Assembly (NCBI GenBank): GCA_951406725.2
Contig: OX597824.1
Location: forward strand, 7,378,001 to 7,442,000
DNA: 64,000 bases
Origin: Octopus vulgaris
Taxonomy: Eukaryota
Direction of reading: 5' to 3'
Position numbers and translations under genes: made by a program
In this document: piece by piece, positions 26,066 through 37,674 of the stretch
How the letters are laid out: the number at the start of each line of letters is the position of its first letter
Numbering within the stretch: position 1 is the first letter of the stretch
Notes under the pieces: generated by a model
What the model was told of the DNA's origin: nothing
Databases searched by the model: none
Seen by the model: the letters and a program-made list of their open reading frames with translations, nothing else

Positions 26066-26470
26066 CCATGATTAATTCAAAACAATGTGAATAAATAAGC
26101 ATCTGAATGCTAAAGAGTTAATAATAACAGCAAAGTTGAATTATTAAAGCAGTGTAACCACACACTGGCTTGGAACACAGGAAGAAAAAGTGGGGAGCTC
26201 TCCCAGTTTTATGATGATTAACAAAAGAAACTGAAAACAGAGTGTAATGTAATAGTTTTGAAGAACGAGACGGTCCTATTGAGGCAAACCTATAAGAAAG
26301 AAAAGTAAGGGATCATTTATTTCTTATATCTTCAAAGATGCAAATTCAACAGGATGGTTCGTTGATAGAAGAGACAACGGCAATATCGCTCAAAGCGAGT
26401 GATTATCGTAGGCATAAGGGCAAACACATACACATATACATGTATGTGTGTGTATGTATATATATGTATA

Positions 26471-26547
<77 letters not shown>

Positions 26548-26803
26548 GCATACATACATACACAACAGGCTTCTTTTAGTTTCCGTCTACCAAAATCCAC
26601 TCACAAAGGTGTTTGGTTATCCTAGGGCTGTAGTAGAAGACACTTACCAAAAATGGCACACGATGTGGACAACAGGAAGAGCATCCAGCTGGTCAGCACT
26701 GCCTTAAATAAATACCTGCGCAACCAACCTCAGGACAGAAAAACAAACATAAAGCAAACGAATGAACAAACCAAAAAAATGTAGAATGGAACCGGTTACG
26801 TAC

Positions 26804-26937
26804 CACCATGTGAATTATATCCATATCCAGTAATGTTGGTTAGGAACATTGACTGTATGAAAGAACCAATCGCATTGACTAAATCACGGAAAATCTTTGT
26901 CGAATGGGGCTTCATATCATAACTTTCACAAAACGAT
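26804..26937 (-). CDS. MON2: MON2 coding exon 10: (R)[44 protein letters not shown](V)
   Basis: ttgcag| acceptor; G|gtacgt donor, phase 1 (an in-phase alternative GT lies 3 nt earlier); SFCxSYDMKxHSTK motif. Confidence 0.92.
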
Positions 26938-27150
26938 CTGCAAAGAGATAAGGTTACAAACATGGTGTTTACGGTAATTAGTTAAACGAGGTTATATATC
27001 ACTTGTTTCAGTCACTGAACAACAACCATGCTGGGGCACCGGTTTGGTACTTATTATATCACTCTCTTTTGCTGAGCTACTGGGTAACGGGGGTGTAAAC
27101 AAACCAACACCAGCTGCCAAGCAGTGACAAACACAAACACACACATATAC

Positions 27151-27194
<44 letters not shown>

Positions 27195-27198
<4 letters not shown>

Positions 27199-27348
27199 TA
27201 TTAATAAAGCTGCAAAGACATCACAAAAACTGTTACTCAGAGTTTCACGTTCCCGTTCGTCGTACAGTTTTGGTTCTGTCCGACAAACAGAAACACGAAA
27301 CTCTGAGTACCATTTCATGTGAGGTCTTTGAAGCTTTATTAATAAAGC
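27195..27348. mobile_element. Inverted repeat with two degenerate hammerhead-like motifs (probable Penelope pLTR)
   Basis: Minus strand 27229-27268: ACTGT ACGACGA ACG-GGAA-CGT GAAA CTCTGAG TA ACAGT. Plus-strand copy 27276-27310 has core CCGACAA. Confidence 0.6.
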
Positions 27349-27441
27349 ATATTACTCTACTTCCAATATTCAAGTACCACTTTTCCACCTTGTTTCACAT
27401 TTATGTGCTTACTTTGGTATGTGAGTGTGTGTATGTATGTG

Positions 27442-27501
<60 letters not shown>

Positions 27502-30069
27502 TATATGAGGTTAAAATACACAACACTGGAAGCAGAAACAGCTGTTAGATGGGATGCAGTCTATTTGTATTGAATTAATAAATAATAACTGATGTAAGTC
27601 AATTGTTGTTTATCAATATTACTTCGCTTCTTTATATATATATATATGACAGGCTTCCACACAATTTCTGTCTACCAAATCCACTCACAAGGTTTGGGTC
27701 AGCCCAGGGCTATACTAGAAAACCATTGCCCAAGATGCTGCACAGCAGGGCTGAACCCAAAGCTGCATGGTTGCAAAGTGAGCTTCTTAACCACATGGCC
27801 AAACTATCTAGAAATAGTTTGCATGTAAAATTCAATAAATGGCCTGTTGTCATGGAAACACTCAATGAGTCGGGCACAATACTAGTTTTTTTTTGTTTTC
27901 TTTCCTTCATAATATACGCTTCATCTAAGATTTAGATAAGATAAATTATCTTCATTACAATCAACCAACTAACCTAATTATACATATGTGTGTGTGTGTG
28001 TTTATAAATTTGGTCCGGAAGAGGGAGATCTGCAGGGCCTCCAAGATGAGAAAGATTAATGCCATTAATGTCACACAAGAGAAGTTGTGAGTGAATTCAA
28101 GGACAAGGATAATCTGAGAAGGAGGTAAAGCAGTTTGATAGGTGTCTATGATCATCATCATCATCATCATTGTTCGACCGTGGTCGAGACAATGGAATTT
28201 ATTATGTTACGCCAGACTTCACGGTCCATCATAGCATTACAGAGGTCCTGTCACTGGATGCCTGTATCCCTGGAGTTTACATTAGGGTAGGAAAGTGTGC
28301 GCCCTCTGGTATCGTGAGCAGGTGGCTTCCAGAGGAGAAGAGTAGAAATTACATCGTTTTCAGCTCTACAACAATGTCCAGTAAACTGGACTCTCCTACC
28401 TTTCACAAGAGATGACACAGGTGGTAGTTTCCCATATATTTGTACTTTGGTTGGATGATGCTTCCACGAGAGATTTTGAGCTCTTATAAGGAGATACAAG
28501 AGTTTTGAGAAGTGAATAATAAATTGAGACTGCAGTAGGGAGGAAAAGTTTCATTAAACTAATACAACCGGGTCCTCAAAAGCTGTGGAAGTTGTAAATA
28601 ATATGACAAAAACTTCCCAGGCACAGGCCTGGCTGTGTAGTTATGAAGTTCATTTTGCAACCATGGGCTTTTGAGTCCAGTCCCACTCTGTGGCACTTTG
28701 GGTAAGTCTCTAACTACATTAGCTCTGGGTCAACTAATGCCTTGCGAGTGAATTTGATAGAAACTGAATGGAAGTTTGTCTCATATATGTCTGTGTGTGT
28801 GTGTGTGTGTGTTTGTCTTTGTGTTTGCTCCTCCACTTACTCCACCCCGCAGCCTGACAGCCAGTGTTGGTTTGTTCACACCCCTGTAACTTAGCAGTTC
28901 GGCAAAAGTGACTGACATACTAAGTATCGGAGTTTAAAAAAAGAAAGAAAATAAGTCATGGCTTGTCCAAGTAAATCCTTCAAGGTGATGCCCCAGCATG
29001 GCCACAGTCCAATGACTGAAACAAGGGAAAGATAAAAGATAAAACAGATAAACAAGAAGAAGCTGAAAAGTTCCTGGCTTTGAGTAAAAGAAATCAGAGG
29101 AGGATCTGTTAATTATGATTTCATTCAATATATTCATCTCTCAAATTCACACACTTATTGCAGCGGTCCTTAAGTTTTTCTAAGCCCTGTAAAAGAACTC
29201 AGAAGGTTGGGTCCCCATCAAGGTCTTTCACGATACCCTTAAATACAGGAACTTTCCAGTACCCTATTGTACTTCTTGAGGTTTTAGCATTATTTTGTTA
29301 GTCTCTTTTCAATGTTTACCAAGGCGCAGGAGTAGCTGTGTGGTAAGTAGCTTGCTTACCAACCACATGGTTCTGGGTTCAGTCCCACTGCATGGCACCT
29401 TGGGCAAGTGTCTTCTGCTATAGCCTCGGGCTGACCAATGCCTTGTGAGTGGATTTGGTAGACGGAAACTGAAGGAAGCCTGTCGTATATATGTATATAT
29501 ATATATATGTATGTGTATATGTTTGTGTGTCTGTGTTTGTTCACCCCTAGCATTGCTTGACAACCAATGCTGGTGTGTTTACGTCCCCCATAACTTAGCG
29601 GTTCGGCAAAAGAGACCGATAGAATAAGTACTAAGCTTACAAAGAATAAGTCCTGGGGTCGATTTGCTTGACTAAAGGCAGTGCTCCAGCATGGCCACAG
29701 TCAAATGACTGAAACAAGTAAAAGAGTAAAGAGTAACCACGTACTATATGATGCTACAAATTCAGACCACTGCATGAACAGTTGGAGTTTTACAACAAGT
29801 TATCTCCATTCACTCACCATCATCTTCATACCATCCTCATCACTTTTATATCAGCTTCTTAAGTGCAAGAATGGATTAGCCAAGACTTGCTGAGGTAGTT
29901 CTCTACAACCTGTTGCTCTTTCAGTCAGTGACACCAACTTGTTTCCAAGTAAAATACTTATTCCCCAAGACTTCCACATAGTGAATGGCCCAACAGCTGG
30001 ACATAGTTCTACGGTAGGCATAAGGAATGACACCACTGCCAAAATGGTGACATTCTTTTATATACTCTT

Positions 30070-30335
30070 CTTGTCTTGTCTTGAGACAGCATTCACCTGG
30101 GGTGGGTTGAGCTGGCTTCATTCATCCTCAATGCAGCATCTCTCACAAACGCAGACCAGACCTGGCGATTTGAAGCTAACGACCACGTGATTTCCAACCA
30201 CTCCCTATTCCAGCGGCGAATGCCGTAGACATGGGAGCCTAGGTTGGGTTCCAGATCAGCCTTGACTGTCATCATCCAGGTTTTTCGTTGTCCACCACAT
30301 TGCTTTCGCCAACCCTGGAGGGGAGCTGGGGCAAT
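30070..30335 (-). mobile_element. LINE (RTE-like) C-terminal fragment
   Basis: Minus ORF ...VKADLEPNLGSHVYGIRRWNREWLE...NRQVWSAFVRDA; second copy at 23325-23595. Confidence 0.6.
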
Positions 30336-30738
30336 TTATATACTTTTATATACTGCATAAACAATATCAAGGCACAAATAGGAAAACACACACACAAGGC
30401 TATGACAGACTTCTGCACAGTTTCATTTGCTAATTTAATCACAAGACCTTCGTCAGCTTCAGGTTACAGCAAAAGACATTTGATCATGGTGCCACACAAA
30501 ACGACAGGAGTCCAAAGCAAAATTCTTAATCACAGAACCATACCTATTTTCAACATGGAAAAGACAACAGTCTTTGTTTTTATGGATTAACATAAGTAGA
30601 GCAAACAGCTTTAGCTGATGCAATGACATAATGATAGAGTTTAAAATAACGACTAAAAAACATCAATTTAATCCACTTAATTCACTCTAACACCAGAAAT
30701 TTAATTATTTTGTTTAAAATTCCGTTAGAACTTAAAAA

Positions 30739-31130
30739 TCTCTCTATATATAAAGCTGAAGTTGTCTGTGTGTGGCAGGTTTGGTAGCCTTCAACTAACA
30801 TTATCTCCTCCGAGACCCTGTAGCGCAAGTTGACCAAAATCGAGAGTATGATAGAAGAAGGCTTGCTCTTCCTTCTGTAGAAGAAAAAATTCAAATCAGA
30901 CCATGTTAACACCAAAAATTATTTACATCAAAAAGGTGCTTTTTTTCTACGAAAATCCCTATTTTTTACGATTTTCTTACTGCTGTGTCACCATTTTTCG
31001 GTGTATTTCAACCAGAAAAATGTTCACTTAAAGAGAATAACAAGCTACATAATGCAAAATTTTTACTTTTCAAAAATTCCAATTCTAAAGGGTCGAAACA
31101 AACCCGAGCAACGCTGGGCGATACTGCTAG
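30739..31130 (+). mobile_element. Non-autonomous Helitron
   Basis: A|TC start, subterminal hairpin cccgagcaacgctggg, CTAG|T end, no TSD. A 3'-truncated copy lies at 34758-35060. Confidence 0.88.
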
Positions 31131-31166
31131 TTACTGGTAAATGAAGAAACAAAGTCCTGAGCTCAC

Positions 31167-31291
31167 CTTAGTAATTCCGGTTGAACAGTCAGTTTATGTA
31201 AAACCTCGAGAGTGAGGCATCTTTGCCAGCTCGGCTTTTCTGGTTCAAGAAATTTCACAAGTAACGACAGGAAGATCTCACACTCAGTTAC
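31167..31291 (-). CDS. MON2: MON2 coding exon 9: [41 protein letters not shown](R)
   Basis: ttacag| acceptor, AG|gtgagc donor; 125 nt, phase 0 to 2; [15 protein letters not shown] motif. Confidence 0.96.
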
Positions 31292-31367
31292 CTGTAACGA
31301 AGAAGAGATCAAATTTTGTAATTGAAGAAGAACAATTAACTATTTTCTTTTATGCATTATGATTACC

Positions 31368-31417
<50 letters not shown>

Positions 31418-32921
31418 GCATCATCATCATCATCATCATCCCCATCACCCTCATTGTTACATCTGTTCTCCATGCTGTCATAGGTTGAAAGGGTCATTCA
31501 TCCTGAGTCAGTTCATATTTGGAGTTGCTGCCCTCCTAAATGAGTCTGAGAATGACCACATCTCATTCCTATGTTCCTTCTTTCGGAATAATTTCTATGG
31601 CTGGTTTCTAAGCTCTTCCTAAAACCAAATCAGTGTTGAAATAAGACAATACCAATAAACCAAAACTGCTTGTTATAAACATGTGTTATTACTTCTATGG
31701 AAAAAAAACATCAAATGTATTCATCATCATCATCGTTTAATGTCTGTTTTCCGTGCTAGCATGGGTTGGACGGTTCGACCGGGGTCTGGGAAGCCAGGAG
31801 GCTGCACCAGGCTCCAGTCTGATCTGGCAGTGTTTCTACAGCTGGATGCCCTTCCTAACGCCAACCACTCCATGAGTGTAGTGGTTGCCTTTCACATGTC
31901 ACCAGCACAGGTGCCAGGGGAGGCTGGCAGTGGCCATGATCGGTTGGTGCTTTTTACGTGCCACCGGCATGGAAGCCAGTCAAGGTGGCGCTGGCATCAG
32001 CCACGTCTGATCTTTCTTTCCTTTACACATTCATATTCATTTTATATATGACCACTACTCGTGATAAACAGTCATAGAAACTATACTTGTGGAAAGCTAA
32101 CACTTCGACAGCCAGTAAATGCTTTACAAAATTCATAGTATAAAACAACACACTGATATTTAATTAAATAATCAATATATGTAATCACTTATATATAGCC
32201 ATTGTAAATGATTTCAATTTCAAGTCTGATGTAATTTAGTGATAGAAAAATAAAAGAAAGAGGTAAAAAGAAAGAGAGGAAAACTAATGATTATAAGACA
32301 GAGATTTAGACAAACTAATCAACTTTTAGTCTGTTCTTAGATTTAATCTTCATTTTACCCAGTCAGTAATGATGAAAAATATTTCTGTCCAAAAACCAGG
32401 TTTGCCAAAATGGTAACCAAAAATAGCAGCTCCTAAGCTTATTTTTGTCATGAAACCTTTATGAGATCTTCTAAAAATCACAGAACCCTTATCTAAATTT
32501 TAGAGACAAGTCCTGCCACTGTGAGAAATTAAAAGAATGTCTACTTTTCCATGCTTGCATGGGTTGGACAGAGTTTATTGGAGCAGGTTTTCTGTGGCCA
32601 GATGCCATTCCTGTTGCCAACTCTTACCTGTTTCTAAGCCAAGAAATATTTCCCCATCACCAGAAAAGTTTATTGTAGAATATTGGAAATAATTGACATT
32701 CAGTTACAACAATCATACTGTCAAAACAAGCATGCACACACACACACACACACACACTTATTTCAGTTTCCTTCTACCAAATCCACTCACAAGGCTTTGG
32801 TCAGCTCAGAGCTATAGTAGAAAATATTTATCCAAGGTGCCATGCAAAAGATCTGAACCCAAGACCATGGGAAGCAAACTTCTTAATGACATGGCCATGC
32901 CTGTATCTTTATTAAATTGTA

Positions 32922-33586
32922 TGTGAGGAGAGCTGTGAGGAGAGCAGTGTGAAGAAGTGCCACTCCCAAACATTTGAAGGAATCCAGGTTAGAGGTAGAC
33001 CCAGGAAGACATGGGATGAGGTGGTGAAGCATGACCTTCGAATGTTGGGCCTCACAGAGGCTATAATGAAAGACCGAGACCTCTGGAGATATGCTGTGAC
33101 TGCAAAGACTCGGCAAATAAAGTGAGTCCACAGCAGTTTCCAACACCAGTTTTGCATAACCAGCTCCAGTCCATTCAAAAGTACCTTGGATCGTAGGGTG
33201 ACAATCTGTGCTTGAGGAGACCTATTGAGTCAAGTACATCAACATCAAAATGAAAATCAAATGGAAATTGTAGTTGTGATCCTCATGCCGGTGGCACATA
33301 AAAATCACCATCTGAACATGACCGATGCCAGCACTGCCTCAACTGGCTTCTGTGCCGGTGGCACGTAAAAAGCACCAACCAATCACGGCCATTGCCAGCC
33401 CCCTCTAGTCCCTGTGCCGGTAGCATCTAAAAAGCACCCACTACACTCTTGGAGTAGTTGGCATTAGGAAGGGCATCCAGCTGTAGAAACACTGCCAGAT
33501 CAGACTGGAGCCTGGTGCAGCCTCCTGGCTTTCCAGACCCTGGTCAAACCATCCAACCCATGCTAGCATGGAAAACAGACATTAAC
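32922..33586 (+). mobile_element. RTE LINE 3' end: ORF C-terminus plus 3'UTR
   Basis: Frame ...RGRPRKTWDEVVKHDLRMLGLTEAIMKDRDLWRYAV...* (stop 33123-33125) runs into the abundant (ATG)n-tailed repeat. Truncated copies at about 4325-4668, 20263-20440, 21090-21385, 31721-32006, 36775-37008, 37830-38177, 38727-39142, 39648-40085, 41485-41745, 45580-45850, 50210-50470, 53224-53560, 59710-60045, 60671-60908 and 61585-61875. Confidence 0.85.
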
Positions 33587-33895
33587 AAGTGACTTTCACG
33601 ATTACAGCCAACGATTCTAGTCAATGCACAAGACAGCCATTATGCTCCCCCCCCACCCACAAAACACCACCACGTGGACTCTGTTGAGACTAGTAAGAAA
33701 CAATTATGAACTTTTTTATTACACTTTCAAAAATATTTTTGATAAGGTTCGTTTTTTCAAGAAGAACCAAAACATGTAAAATCTCTAAGAAAATTTAAAT
33801 TTATCTTATATCGTGGCATTTTCAAACTTCTTTTTTATAAATATATACCCACTCGTATGCCACCTACACTTTTTATAAATATATATATATATATC

Positions 33896-34001
33896 CAGGG
33901 TGATTCAAAAGTCACCATACATAGGAAAAATTTATTTTTATTTAACTATTCCTTATAAAAAAATAAATTTTTCCTATGTATGGTGACTTTTGAATCACCC
34001 T

Positions 34002-34002
<1 letters not shown>
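33896..34002. mobile_element. Palindromic Tc1/mariner-type MITE in (TA)n
   Basis: cagggtgattcaaaagtcaccatacataggaaaaatttatttt plus its perfect reverse complement. Confidence 0.8.
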
Positions 34003-34043
<41 letters not shown>

Positions 34044-34318
34044 CAAATACGAAAATGGAGAAACAATTTAGTTTGTTCATCAACTTTTGGATATTAGAAT
34101 ATTGAAACAACTAAATTATTTCTCCATTTCCTTATTTGCATTATAAATTAACGGTAAAAATATTTCTTTACCTTCACCCGTTTAATACAATAAATGAGTT
34201 AATTGCATTGCAATTAAAAACATTTATGTATTAAGAATTGGGTACTTTACCAACAGTATATTGGATAAATACTATCCCTTAGTGGGTTGCACCCATAACC
34301 CTTAACTTACTTTGTGTC

Positions 34319-34384
<66 letters not shown>

Positions 34385-34497
34385 AAAAGAGAGAGAGAGA
34401 GAGAGAGAGAGAAGAGTTGTCAATCAATGACATCTGTCAGTAGATATTAAACAATTTTGGCATAAAAAAATATCATTTTAGAGAGTAAACGACTCAC

Positions 34498-34692
34498 CAG
34501 AAGCTGGTAGTAATATTTTATTAGTACAGAGACAATCCGAAGAAGTCTCATCACAATGGGAAAAAAAGGCTTTTCAACAGGAGCAGGTGATGGAGGTGGA
34601 GGCACTCCCTGTCTGTACTTGAGACTCGGTGAGAACAGCTTGATTACCAAAGGACATACACGCTCTTTTAACATAAAACTGAACTCTGGATG
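34498..34692 (-). CDS. MON2: MON2 coding exon 8: [65 protein letters not shown]
   Basis: ttttgcag| acceptor, CTG|gtgagt donor; 195 nt; HUS/Sec7_N region [15 protein letters not shown]. Confidence 0.97.
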
Positions 34693-35837
34693 CTGCAAAA
34701 TAAAACAAGAATAAAAGCCATTGAGACATTAAATAGTGAAAACTGTGTCAGTAATCATCTCTATATATATAAAGCTGAAGTTGTCTGTGTGGCAGGTTTG
34801 GTAGCCATCAACTACACTATCTCCTCCAAGACCCTGCGGTGCAAGGTTGATCAAAATTGAGAGTATGATTGAAGAAGGCTTGCTCTTCATTCCGTAGAAG
34901 AAAAAATTCAAATCAGACCATGTTAACACCAAAAATTATATACATCAAAAAGGTGCTTTTTTTTCTATGAAAATCCCTATTTTTTATGATTTTTTGGCTG
35001 CTGTGTCACCATTTTTCGGTGTATTTCAACCAGAAAAATGTTCACTTAAAGAGAATAACATCATGATGGTCAACATTATTATAAATATTTTAATGGAATC
35101 TCTTCTGATGCTGGCATAGGATGGGTATATCTGCTCTACAACCTGAAATTTAACACACTTGTCTACACACGCAATATATACACCAGCAATACACAACAAT
35201 TTCCCAACAAGCATTTACTGTCTATTTCCATACTTATTCTTATTCTTTGTAAGCCTAGTACTTATTCTATTGGTCTCTTTTGCCAAACCGCTAAGTTAAG
35301 GGGATGGAAACACACCACCATCAGTTGTCAAGCGATGTTGGGGGAACAAACACAGACACACAAACATATACACACACACACATATATATCATCGTTTAAC
35401 GTCCGCTTTCCATGCTAGCATGGGTTGGACGTTATATATATACATATATATATATATACATATATATATATACATATATATACGATGGGCTTCTTTCAGT
35501 TTCCATCTACCAAATCCACTCACAAGGCTTTGGTCGGCCTGAGGCTATAGTAGAAGACACTTGCCCAAGGTACCACGAAGTGAGACTGAACCCGGAACCA
35601 TGTGGTTGGAAAGCAAGCTACTTACCACACAGCCACTCGTGCCTTAGTTGTAAAAACAGTTTCTACGTATCCACTTGTCAACACACACATACATATATAC
35701 ACACACATACACAAATACGCACATACACACACATACATACTGGTTTATGCCTGCACTTTAAATTATTTAAAAAAATTTTTCTCCAGCATACAGGAAACAA
35801 TTTCAGATGTAGTTTTGTTTGATTTCTCTATATTTTC

Positions 35838-36444
35838 GGATCTTTACCTTTTGACCAACAGATTTAGAAAATATTTATGACATCATTCGTGCGTTTGTAC
35901 TGGTTTTAGCTTTAAGGTTTTAGGGTTAGGGTTTTAGGGTTAGGATTTTAGAGTTAGGGTAAAGGTTTTAGGGTAAGGGTGTAAGGGTAAGGGTTTTAGG
36001 GCAAGGGTTAGGGTTTTAGAGTTAGGTTGTTAAGGTTTTAGGGTTAGGGTGAGGGTTTTAGGGTTAGGTTGTTAGGGTTTTAGGGTTAGGTTGTTAGGGT
36101 TTTAGGGTTAGGTTGTTAGGGTTAGGGTTTTAGGGTTAGGTTGTTAGGGTTAGGGTTTTAGGGTTAGGGTTGTCATAAATAACAGTGACAATATACACCG
36201 CCGGAAGTTGTTGTTGACAAACAACAACAGTAATTTTATTCAGCTGAATACACGTCATTGATTGGTTGAAATTACTGAAATACAACAACTTTAACATGAA
36301 ATAACTTCCTAAATATAAGCTTTTCTCAAAAACGCTAAGAGTAAAAGATGTTTTATATGACACATTCTACCAGTATACGAAGTTTGAAAGTGTTTAGTTA
36401 CAAAAAATTATTTTTGAAATCTGTCAGTCAAAAGGTAAAGATCC
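35838..36444. mobile_element. Non-autonomous TIR element carrying a telomere-like repeat array (35916-36171)
   Basis: 28-bp TIR ggatctttaccttttgaccaacagattt / aaatctgtcagtcaaaaggtaaagatcc; 8-bp flanks atattttc / atatttcc; TTAGGG, TTTTAGGG and TTAGGTTG units. Confidence 0.82.
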
Positions 36445-36552
36445 ATATTTCCTTTTTTGTTACTTCATTGGTGAAGTGGAACATTATCGTAACTATGAAT
36501 CTGTAAGCATCAAGAAAAGATGATGAGAGGATTTCGTTGGGAAGGTACTCAC

Positions 36553-36678
36553 GCGTAAGAAGACATTAGAGAATGTAGTGAGGACTGATTCGAGAAGTTC
36601 CAACCCGAACGTGCGGGTCATTTCTGTCATTCCAACGAGCCAGTAGGGTTGATCAGCATTCACAAGTTGGCACAGATC
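36553..36678 (-). CDS. MON2: MON2 coding exon 7: [42 protein letters not shown]
   Basis: ttccag| acceptor, |gtgagt donor; 126 nt; highly conserved [32 protein letters not shown]. Confidence 0.97.
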
Positions 36679-37573
36679 CTGGAATTAGAAAATAAAAGAA
36701 TTGCATTCAGTTTCATGGTTTTGTTCCTATCTTTTTTTTCATTTTTTTTTTCTTAAGTTTCAAAATTATGTGAGGTCTTTGCCAGTACTTCCTGGCTGGC
36801 CCCTGTGCCGGTGGCACGTAAAAACCACCCATTACACTCTCGGAGTGGTTGGTGTTAGGAAGGGCATCCAGCTGTAGAGACTCTGCCAGATCAAGATTGG
36901 AGCCTGGTGCAGCCATCTGGTTCGCCAGCCTTCAGTCAAAATCGTCCAACCCATGCCAGCATGGAAAGCGGACGTTAAACAATGATGATGATGATGATGA
37001 TGATGATGTGTAGTTAAGAAGTTTGCTTTGCAACCAAATGGCTTTGAGTTCAGTCCCACTACATGACACTGGATAAATGTCTTTTCTTATAGCCCTGGAC
37101 CAACCTTTGAATTGCAGCAGGGTAGATAGACACACAGACAGACAGAGACATATATACATACTAGCACACATGGAAAATCCAGGTCTGTAATGATTCACAG
37201 CTCTCAAACTGGTCCATACCCACCATCCACAGCAGCTCTCCAAGGTGCTATTCAAATATTCGTTACTACCACCAAGATCTGCACCCACGATCGGCTTGCA
37301 CACATACATACTTGCACACAAAGACACTTGCACACAAACACACTTGCACACTAAGACACTTGCACACACATATACATACTTGCACACATACATACATGCA
37401 CACATGCATACTTGCACACACACACAAACTTGATCACATTCATACATATAGCAGGCTTCTGCACAATATCCATCAAGCAAATTACTTAATTACATGGCTA
37501 CAACCACACCTGTATTTCAATTTTTGTCTTTTTAATGTATAAGAGCAATGAATGATTAAAAAAAGCAAATTAC

Positions 37574-37674
37574 CTGAAAGAGCAAGTAGGCGTCTCCTGC
37601 ACATGGCTGCAAAGATTTTGGAGGTGTTTTACTACCTATCTTCAAATCTTCAAAAGATATATTGCCATTAACTT
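37574..37674 (-). CDS. MON2: MON2 coding exon 6: (E)VNGNISFEDLKIGSKTPPKSLQPCAGDAYLLFQ
   Basis: tttcag| acceptor, CAG|gtaatt donor; 101 nt, phase 1 to 0; LxPCAxDAYxLFQ motif. Confidence 0.93.

Noticed and set aside
26270-26310. Strong minus-strand acceptor (cttttctttcttatag) in intron 10
   Set aside because: An in-phase stop follows after four codons and no donor is evident; it cannot be supported without RNA data.
29891-29922. let-7-like text: tgaggtagtt followed by ctctacaacctgttgctctttc
   Set aside because: Only the seed and a star-like stretch match. The rest of the mature arm and the loop are missing, so no precursor hairpin can form; probably chance.
35916-36171. True telomere or chromosome-fusion scar
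   Set aside because: The array is short, degenerate, in one orientation, inside an intron and bounded by TIRs.
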